A stretch of DNA of 32,000 nucleotides. Source: Pyrodictium abyssi (lineage in GTDB: Archaea > Thermoproteota > Thermoprotei_A > Sulfolobales > Pyrodictiaceae). The stretch spans positions 1,500,001 through 1,532,000 of the forward strand of contig NZ_AP028907.1 in NCBI RefSeq assembly GCF_036323395.1. Direction: 5' to 3'. Within the stretch, counting starts at the first letter, position 1, and every line of letters begins with the position of its first letter. The position numbers and the translations under genes are program-made. Of the stretch, positions 9,505 to 15,494 are shown one piece after another. The notes beneath the pieces were generated by a model that saw only the letters and a list, made by a program, of their open reading frames with translations, searched no databases and was not told where the DNA came from.

Positions 9505-10318
9505 AGCTGGCCTTCCTCTCTTCCAGCAGTCTACGCAGCTTCTCCTTCTCAGAGCGCGAAAGGTGCAGTACTATATCGGTTGGTTCACGAGGCGCAGAGG
9601 GAGGCTTTATGGTCTCCCCCACAAGCACTATGCCCTTATCAATCGCGTCTAACACGTCTGAGGCGGAGTAGAACTCTACAAGCTCGGCAAGCCTGTACTC
9701 GAAGTCTATAGCCTCCTTAGCTTCCCTCTCAGAGAGCACGTAGCCACAAACCATGCACTCGAGGTCAGGGGTAACAGCTCTAAATCCGCAGCGAGGACAT
9801 GGTATAGGTGTAGGCCTGCCATACTGCTCCCATAGGCTCCTCAGAATAGGTAACAAGTCCGTCCTATTGCTACGCAGAGCTTCGCGATAAAGTCGTGAGA
9901 TATACCTAGCAGCAACCGGGCCACCATACGTTGCCACGAACTCTAGCTGCTCTGGTGTAAGCCTGTTAAGCTTCTCAAGGAGATAGGCAGAAGCCATCAT
10001 GTACACGTTGTTAAGCGCACCCTGCATCTTGGATATTACGGCATCCTTAGACGGTCTAGACGAGTACTGCTCGAGGATGCCCTCAACTATGGGTTTAAGC
10101 ATCTCCTTGTACGAGTCCCTATCTAGTGCAAGGATGGCTAGACCCAGCTTCTGCACGGCCTCGTCAACTATACTGTCAAGTAGCTTCTCCGGATCCACTT
10201 GCGCTCGTTGAACGGCCCGCCTCGAACTATAGGATTTCGACCGGGTTACACTGCTTCCCGCCGTAGTGCTACGTCTCCGTCTACTTATTCTCCTCCTGCC
10301 ACGAGACACGATACTCAC
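9473..10318 (-). CDS. Hypothetical protein with an internal zinc ribbon (CPRCG..17..CMVCG)
   Basis: 281 aa ORF whose 3' end overlaps the next gene by 32 nt. The start is unresolved. Both 10318 and the in-frame 10198 are GTG. The first 40 codons are Arg/Ser-rich low complexity. A CTATAG element at 10227-10232 sits about 30 nt upstream of the 10198 GTG. Confidence 0.55.
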   Translation of the reverse strand: MSIVSRGRRRISRRRRSTTAGSSVTRSKSYSSRRAVQRAQVDPEKLLDSIVDEAVQKLGLAILALDRDSYKEMLKPIVEGILEQYSSRPSKDAVISKMQGALNNVYMMASAYLLEKLNRLTPEQLEFVATYGGPVAARYISRLYREALRSNRTDLLPILRSLWEQYGRPTPIPCPRCGFRAVTPDLECMVCGYVLSEREAKEAIDFEYRLAELVEFYSASDVLDAIDKGIVLVGETIKPPSAPREPTDIVLHLSRSEKEKLRRLLEERKASYAGGSSARRV

Positions 10319-10559
10319 TCCCTGCAGCTACGGTCACGTATCTGCTGCCCTTTGTGGCCACAAAGGCCCCGGGCAGAGGGCTTCAGAATCTTCGCTCGGA
10401 GCAGAGTACACTCGGAGGAAGCCCCTATAACTCTCCCGTGAAGAGAGGTTACAATCCAGCCACGGGGAGATGTTGTCACTTGCCCCCCGCGACCCCTTAG
10501 AGGGGATGAAGACATTACCGCGAACAGAACCCCGCCAAGCTTCTATACACCTGCAGGGA
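10319..10559. ncRNA. Unassigned structured noncoding element (candidate structural RNA; identity and strand unresolved)
   Basis: This is a roughly 350 nt gap with no credible ORF. A 9 bp closing helix pairs TCCCTGCAG (10319-10327) with CTGCAGGGA (10551-10559). There is an 18 nt perfect palindrome, CCTTTGTGGCCACAAAGG (10349-10366). Nested helices include GGGCTTC/GAAGCCC, CTCTC/GAGAG, CCCCT/AGGGG and CGCG/CGCG. Confidence 0.3.
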
Positions 10560-10671
10560 CATATCGGCGAGTCCACAGCTAGTGTTCGGCAAAGCCTAAT
10601 GCATGGATAATGTATTTTGTGTGTAACTAGGTACACGGATAGATGTGTGCCGTGAAACAGTGATGATCCTG

Positions 10672-10989
10672 CTAGTACCTCTCGTCGTACCAGTCTCTGC
10701 CTTGCGGCATGTATATCGGGCCGTTCCTTGCGGCATAACGGCTGACTAGATAGCTGAGAAGCACTTCTAGCTGTCGCTTACGTTTGCGTGCGCTCCGCAA
10801 AGCCGCCTCGAACTCTTCAAGAGAAACCTCTTGCCCCTTAAACCAGGCCTTTACGAGCCTCTTGTATATGTAGCGCAGAAGACTATCATACTCATCCTCG
10901 AGGTCCACGTTGTAGTGATACTTGTACACGACGTGCTCTATAAGCTCCCCAAGGTATTTGTCAATAAGCATTAACGCTTCCTCATTCAT
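10672..10989 (-). CDS. Hypothetical helical protein (105 aa)
   Basis: ATG-initiated ORF with protein-like composition (MNEEALMLIDKYLGELIEHVVYKYH...). No family recognised. Confidence 0.55.
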   Translation of the reverse strand: MNEEALMLIDKYLGELIEHVVYKYHYNVDLEDEYDSLLRYIYKRLVKAWFKGQEVSLEEFEAALRSARKRKRQLEVLLSYLVSRYAARNGPIYMPQGRDWYDERY

Positions 10990-11111
10990 GGCTTACTCCA
11001 GGTTAACAACTACTAGCTTGCAGATACACCCTATAACTTCTCCTCTTCACAAGACCCAGGGCGTACATAACGCATTGAATACATTGTTTACATGAAGGTT
11101 GACTGGAGAGA

Positions 11112-11194
11112 GGGGCTCAGCGGCTACCATCCTCAGCACGGCGCTGCGCCGAGCAGAGAACGCCTCAGCAGCGGTCAGAGTTCAACACAGCCCC
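11112..11194 (-). ncRNA. C/D-box-like sRNA candidate with variant C and C' boxes
   Basis: The reverse strand reads GGGGCU GUGUUGA (13 nt) CUGA (25 nt hairpin GGCG..CGCC) GUGCUGA (12 nt) CUGA GCCCC. It has a 5 bp terminal stem and correct box spacing. Both C-type boxes lack the A at position 4. Confidence 0.3.
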
Positions 11195-11253
11195 AGGTAG
11201 ACACAGTAAATGCGGAGGAAATGAGGGGCCTTATAGGTTACGGCCAGATAGGC

Positions 11254-11318
11254 GGCTCAGAATGCTCGTGCAACGACATCGGGCTAACGCCCTGCCGGCA
11301 CGGGCGCTCATCACAGCC
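11254..11318 (-). ncRNA. C/D box sRNA candidate
   Basis: The reverse strand reads GGCU GUGAUGA (47 nt) CUGA GCC. The C and D boxes are canonical, a short GGC/GCC terminal stem is present, and total length is 65 nt. The internal C' (CCGAUGU) is degenerate and no clear D' is present. Confidence 0.5.
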
Positions 11319-11351
11319 TCTATGGATTGGCTGAACAGCCCTGGAACGCTC

Positions 11352-11361
11352 TAATATTATA
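11352..11361. promoter_or_regulatory. AT-rich palindromic TATA element (TAATATTATA), possibly bidirectional
   Basis: It lies about 45 nt upstream of the phosphorylase ATG (11403) on the plus strand. On the minus strand it lies about 35-40 nt upstream of the C/D candidate at 11318. Confidence 0.45.
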
Positions 11362-11402
11362 GCCCTAGAGGCTCTGCCCTTACGCTGCGGGTGCAGAGGA
11401 GT

Positions 11403-12131
11403 ATGAAGCCACAGCATATACGTATAAGCCCAGAAGAAGTAGCCGAGAGAGTGGTCGTGGTAGGCGATCCGGCTCGCGCAAAGTTCCTAGCCGAAAACTT
11501 CCTCGAGGAGCCAAGACTCGTAAACGAGAAGCGCGGCTTCCACGTATACACTGGATACTATAAGGGCACGCGTGTAAGTGTCGCAGTGCACGGGATCGGC
11601 GGCCCCTCCGCAGCGATAGTGTTTGAAGAACTATACATGCTTGGCGCCAGGACTATGATAAGGCTCGGTACTGCTGGTGGACTAGTCCCGCAGCTAGAGA
11701 TAGGCGACGCCGTAGTAGCGACTGGTGCAGCCTACATACATGGCGGTACCATAGGCTCTTACGTGCCGGACGCGTGTATGGTGGCGGCACCCAATCCGCT
11801 ACTCACAACAATACTCTACGAGAAGGCAAAGGAGATACACGGCAGAGTATACCTAGGCCCAGTGTTCAGCAGCGATGCCTTCTACGCTGAAGACGCACAC
11901 TTCGTGGAGAAGTGGTCAAAGCGCGGCATAATCGCCGTGGAAATGGAGGTAGCAACACTCTACGCACTGGCCGCGATGAGAGGCTTCAATACTGCCGCGC
12001 TGCTAGTTATATCAGATAACCTCGCGGTACCCGGCAAGGAGGAGCTGAAACACCATGAAGAGCTAGAGCCATTCGTAGAGAAAGCCGCTAGAGCAGTATT
12101 CGAGGCCATAACAAGCTTCAAACAAGAGTAA
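11403..12131 (+). CDS. Nucleoside phosphorylase, PNP/UDP family 1 (DeoD-type purine nucleoside / MTA phosphorylase-like)
   Basis: VVVVGDPARAKFLAENFLEEPRLVNEKRGFHVYTGYYKG, VHGIGGPSAAIVFEEL, IRLGTAGG and AVEMEVATLYALAA align with the DeoD-type layout. The ATG at 11403 is preferred over the GTG at 11391. Confidence 0.88.
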   Translation: MKPQHIRISPEEVAERVVVVGDPARAKFLAENFLEEPRLVNEKRGFHVYTGYYKGTRVSVAVHGIGGPSAAIVFEELYMLGARTMIRLGTAGGLVPQLEIGDAVVATGAAYIHGGTIGSYVPDACMVAAPNPLLTTILYEKAKEIHGRVYLGPVFSSDAFYAEDAHFVEKWSKRGIIAVEMEVATLYALAAMRGFNTAALLVISDNLAVPGKEELKHHEELEPFVEKAARAVFEAITSFKQE

Positions 12132-12286
12132 AACTACATACACACATCTCATCTTTATCGCAGCTCACGTAAATTACAGCCCGAAAGCACCTCGCGGTTA
12201 AAGGCCCGAGCTATACACAGTATTCCAAGCAGGGGTGCCGCTGAGGAAGCCTTGGACGACAGCTTGACCGCACCAACCGCTCTGGG

Positions 12287-12661
12287 GTGAAGCAAGCCGT
12301 GGCCACCGAGGCCCCTCCCCACCAGCTTCGGAAACTGTTCGAAAACCGTGGCCTAGAAGTAGCTGAGACAAGATCACAGCAAGTAACACTCCTTGGCGAG
12401 ACCGTGGAATACCACTCTGTATCCGGGCTAAAGCAGGGATCCTACAGGATAACTGTAAAACTACTACCAGTGCCATCAAGCACCCAGCTAGTGATAAACA
12501 CGTCAAGCGAAGAAGAGGCAAGAAGAGCAGCAGACAAGCTCGAAAGGCTAGGCTTCAACGTTGATACCGATGGAGAGGTAGTGAGAGCTAAAACCAGAAG
12601 TACAAGTATAACACTAGTCAGCAAAGCCATAGATGTAGCGGAGGAAGCAACAAAGTCTTGA
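12287..12661 (+). CDS. Hypothetical protein (124 aa)
   Basis: GTG start. Its stop overlaps the next ORF start (TTGA), which suggests translational coupling. No family recognised. Confidence 0.45.
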   Translation: MKQAVATEAPPHQLRKLFENRGLEVAETRSQQVTLLGETVEYHSVSGLKQGSYRITVKLLPVPSSTQLVINTSSEEEARRAADKLERLGFNVDTDGEVVRAKTRSTSITLVSKAIDVAEEATKS

Positions 12662-13764
12662 AAAACAACATATCGGATATGAGAAAGAGCATACTCAGGA
12701 TACTTGGTCTAGACAATCTCGGCATAGGAGCAGATAGTATAACAAACGGCGTACTAGCTATAAGAAACGAGAGCAGCTGTCATAGACTACTTTCCGAGCC
12801 GAATGTTACTGTCCTCCGGGCAGCGAGAATAGAGGCCCTAGAGTGCGGAGGGAAGACAGAGATAAAACTAGTAAGCAGAAACGGCATCTGGATAAGGGCC
12901 AAGCTCCCAACAGCTGTGGACTCTTGCACAGCAAGCGAGCTACCACTGTACAAGCCGCGTAAGGACTACATAGGCCCAACATACAAGACGGTCTCAGACG
13001 CCATAAAGCAGTTTGTATTGGCGGATTCGAGGATCCCCATAATAGTAGACACGTATGTCCCAGTAGCCGGCATACAGTGCAGACCGCGCATAGGCTGCAT
13101 GCCGACCACTCATTACCGGAACCAAACACGACTAGACAGTGGAGACTCGATAAAAACCGGAATCTATAAGCCTAGGATAGTCCAGCCAACACTACTCTCA
13201 TGGATTTACAGAAGAATAGCGGGAGGTAGCCATACCTATCATGTGCCATGGATATGCATTGGTGGAGGCAATGACTACCTGGCTATAATCTGTACACCGC
13301 CGGCTGAGACCTGCAGAGTATCTGTCAATGACAAGGGCCTGGCGGCCCTAGAGGAGGGGGTAGCGGTAGCACTTAGGCTAAAGAGATGTAGCCCTCCATG
13401 GCTCTATACTGCCTACCTAGTTGGAAACGTGCTAAGTGGAGCGCCAACTAGGCTTGAGGCCAAGAAACCAGCTATATGGTCTCCAACGGGGCTAGTCCCT
13501 CTCTATGCTAGCGTAGCAAGAAACGGTAAGAGTATAGCCATCCAGCTTGTAGTATGGAATCCATCGCCTATAGCAGTGAAACACGAGCTCGTGATAGAAG
13601 AGTATCGTATAAGAGATGGATGGCTCTATACCGGCCTATCCAGAGACTGGGAAGAACTAATCCCCAGCTTCAATAGAGTGCACATACCTCTCTCCAGAAA
13701 CCAGCTAGCAATAGTGAGCATCAATGGGGTAGAACTCCCGCCTCTTCTAAGGAGGAGAGTATAA
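12658..13764 (+). CDS. Hypothetical Cys-containing, probably beta-rich protein (368 aa)
   Basis: Long ORF with a TTG start at 12658 or an ATG at 12679. No TM segments and no recognisable motif. Confidence 0.6.
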   Translation: MKNNISDMRKSILRILGLDNLGIGADSITNGVLAIRNESSCHRLLSEPNVTVLRAARIEALECGGKTEIKLVSRNGIWIRAKLPTAVDSCTASELPLYKPRKDYIGPTYKTVSDAIKQFVLADSRIPIIVDTYVPVAGIQCRPRIGCMPTTHYRNQTRLDSGDSIKTGIYKPRIVQPTLLSWIYRRIAGGSHTYHVPWICIGGGNDYLAIICTPPAETCRVSVNDKGLAALEEGVAVALRLKRCSPPWLYTAYLVGNVLSGAPTRLEAKKPAIWSPTGLVPLYASVARNGKSIAIQLVVWNPSPIAVKHELVIEEYRIRDGWLYTGLSRDWEELIPSFNRVHIPLSRNQLAIVSINGVELPPLLRRRV

Positions 13765-13811
13765 CCTAGAAGCTACGTATCCAGAAGACTCGAGGCTGTA
13801 AAGGTATAGAA

Positions 13812-14180
13812 TCAGCATGGTGTATCAGGTACGGTCGGCCTAGGTTCAACTTTTAAGCGGAGCTTCTTACATATGTCACAGATGTAGAGCGGTATGCGTT
13901 CCTCGTCCACATTACCGCTTATTATCTGCTCTGCTATCTTCGACACCATTTCATAGAGTTCTCTGTCGTTAAGCACAGCATCTATGTAGCCTCCACCTCT
14001 CCTCTTAAGCAGGTAGTTTGATACGGCCGCTGGTGTAAGCTTAAGCAGCTTTGCAGCTCTATAGATCGAGAGACCGTAGTCTCTCACTAGTACTATAGCT
14101 ATTGATGCTCTTATTGATGGCACGTACTTCCTTACAGCTATCTCGCAGGGCGCCGAGAGAAAGTTAATCGTCTCCTTCAT
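13812..14180 (-). CDS. Small HTH transcriptional regulator (COG2522-like), C-terminal CDIC motif
   Basis: PCEIAVRKYVPSIRASIAIVLVRDYGLSIYRAAKLLKLTPAAVSNYLLKRRG resembles the helix-turn-helix layout of a small archaeal regulator family. It is divergent from the PDO gene. Confidence 0.65.
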   Translation of the reverse strand: MKETINFLSAPCEIAVRKYVPSIRASIAIVLVRDYGLSIYRAAKLLKLTPAAVSNYLLKRRGGGYIDAVLNDRELYEMVSKIAEQIISGNVDEERIPLYICDICKKLRLKVEPRPTVPDTPC

Positions 14181-14415
14181 AGCTCCCTTAGCCCACTTTC
14201 ACACGTGTTACTAGATGTATCCTAATAACGGCTACTCCGGGGAAGATGTATAATATTGCTATCCTAGCGCAACAGTAGAAGCAGCGATAGCTGTGCCCAG
14301 ACCCGTAGAGTATTATATTGTTTGTTAGAGAGAAAAGAAGAAAAGAACCAAATCGTCTAATAGCGGTACCGCGGCAAGACGTATATAAGGAGCTATAAAC
14401 GGTGCGTGTGCCTTG

Positions 14416-15144
14416 ATGGACCCGGTGAGAATGGAAATCGATCATGAGACTCGTGAGGCAATACGTGAGGCCTTCCAGGATCTCGTGAAACCTGTTACAA
14501 TAAACGTCTTCATAGGACCGAATTGCCAGTATTGCGACGAGACGCTGAAAATAGCCAAGGTTCTCGAGGAGGAAGCGCCGGCAAAGAACGGAGAAAAACT
14601 CGTGAAGGTACGCATATACGAGAAGGGCAAGGACGACGAGATATTCAAGAAGCATGGCGTGGAACGAATACCAACAATAACACTGCTAGACGGGATGATA
14701 CGGTACACGGGTACGCCTAGCGGTGAGGAGATAAGAGGCCTCGTAGAAACCATAATAAGGATATCCCAGGAAGATAGCGGTCTAGACCCAGAAACTGTGG
14801 AAAAGATCAAAGAGATATCTGAGCCAGTTCACGTGGAAGTCATAGTCACGCCGCAGTGCCCCTACTGTCCCTATGCAGCGCTCCTCACTAACATGTTCGC
14901 ATTCGAGTCATGGAGGCATGGCAAGCGAAACTTCATAGCCGACACTGTGGAGGCGTACGAGAACCCCGACATAGCTGACAAGTACAACGTAATGTCAGTG
15001 CCCGCTATAGCAATAAACGGTGTGCTAGCATTCGTCGGTGTGCCATACGAGGAGGACTTCATAGAGAGAATAATAGACATAGTGAAACGCGGACGCGGTG
15101 TATTGGGCCCCAAAGTCATATCGGAGAGCGCTACCGGAGTGTAG
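14416..15144 (+). CDS. pdo: Protein disulfide oxidoreductase (glutaredoxin-like, two thioredoxin-fold units)
   Basis: Two CxxC sites (CQYC and CPYC), about 240 aa, with YNVMSVPAIAING typical of archaeal PDO. A TATA element (GTATATAAGG) lies at 14381-14390. Confidence 0.88.
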   Translation: MDPVRMEIDHETREAIREAFQDLVKPVTINVFIGPNCQYCDETLKIAKVLEEEAPAKNGEKLVKVRIYEKGKDDEIFKKHGVERIPTITLLDGMIRYTGTPSGEEIRGLVETIIRISQEDSGLDPETVEKIKEISEPVHVEVIVTPQCPYCPYAALLTNMFAFESWRHGKRNFIADTVEAYENPDIADKYNVMSVPAIAINGVLAFVGVPYEEDFIERIIDIVKRGRGVLGPKVISESATGV

Positions 15145-15239
15145 AGGGCTATAGGCCTTCTCGTAGCATAGAATGCAGCCAGGCAATAGGGATGGCATCT
15201 CAGCTTTTCCTGGAAGCAGTTGTAGCGGTCCTACAGTAA

Positions 15240-15306
15240 GGGGCTCCGACAAATGCCTTTTCATCACCTCCCTAGTCAGCGTCGGGAGTACTCTTCACAG
15301 CCCCCC
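15240..15306 (-). ncRNA. C/D box sRNA (dual-guide architecture)
   Basis: The reverse strand reads GGGGCU GUGAAGA GUACUCCCGACG CUGA CUAGGGAG GUGAUGA AAAGGCAUUUGU CGGA GCCCC. The layout is C box, 12 nt, D' box, 8 nt loop, C' box, 12 nt, D box, closed by a 5 bp terminal stem GGGGC/GCCCC. GA dinucleotides are kept in all four boxes. Confidence 0.7.
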
Positions 15307-15336
15307 TTTTGAGGCGCTGGCTCTGCTCCTAATCCC

Positions 15337-15344
15337 TTAATTTC
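15337..15344 (-). promoter_or_regulatory. TATA-like element (AAATTAAG) upstream of the C/D sRNA
   Basis: The reverse strand reads GAAATTAAGG, about 30-35 nt upstream of the sRNA 5' G-run. Confidence 0.4.
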
Positions 15345-15361
15345 TGCTCGACCGGGGCCTA

Positions 15362-15385
15362 GGCTATAATAATGGCTATAATAAT
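15362..15385. repeat. Perfect tandem duplication of a 12-mer, GGCTATAATAAT x2 (followed by AATAG)
   Basis: Read directly at 15362-15373 and 15374-15385. It is the most AT-rich block I noticed in the window. Confidence 0.85.
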
Positions 15386-15494
15386 AATAGACCGACGTGT
15401 CATGTGCCTCTAACCATACCCTGTGGCTACGGCATCAAGGCTGAGAAAAGGAGAAGAGGGACAAGCGAGCGGATAGGGCACTGTATACCATATG

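Noticed and set aside
10199-10636. Track ORFs 10199-10441 (+), 10315-10515 (-) and 10334-10636 (-) as protein genes.
   Set aside because: Their Arg/Ser/Pro/Cys-rich composition is typical of translated GC-rich structured DNA. They overlap one another in a region dominated by helices and have no promoter context.
10660-10666. Canonical GUGAUGA on the plus strand.
   Set aside because: No downstream CUGA. The sequence runs straight into the 3' end of the minus-strand CDS 10672-10989.
11214-11240. The plus-strand string GGAGGAAAUGAGGGGCCUUAUAGG resembles the RNase P RNA CR-I motif (GGAGGAAAGUCC...AUAGG).
   Set aside because: No ACAGAA-type CR-V partner complementary to it lies downstream, and only about 110 nt remain before the phosphorylase promoter. 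The segment is better explained as the spacer, containing a CCTATAAGG TATA-like box on the minus strand, between two minus-strand C/D-like elements. The CR-V-like string at 10523-10540 lies upstream of it in the wrong order, so a single RNase P gene cannot be assembled.
11092-11334. The 80 aa plus-strand ORF in the divergent intergenic region.
   Set aside because: Its composition is Ser/Gly/Gln/Arg-rich with no hydrophobic core pattern. It spans the two C/D-like elements encoded on the other strand.
14188-14655. The 155 aa minus-strand ORF spanning the regulator/PDO intergenic region and the PDO 5' end.
   Set aside because: It crosses the AT-rich promoter region and overlaps PDO antisense. 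Its aromatic/Cys/Leu-rich composition is consistent with translated AT-rich DNA.
15025-15267. The 80 aa minus-strand ORF.
   Set aside because: It overlaps the PDO 3' end antisense by about 120 nt, and its 5' part coincides with the C/D sRNA sequence.
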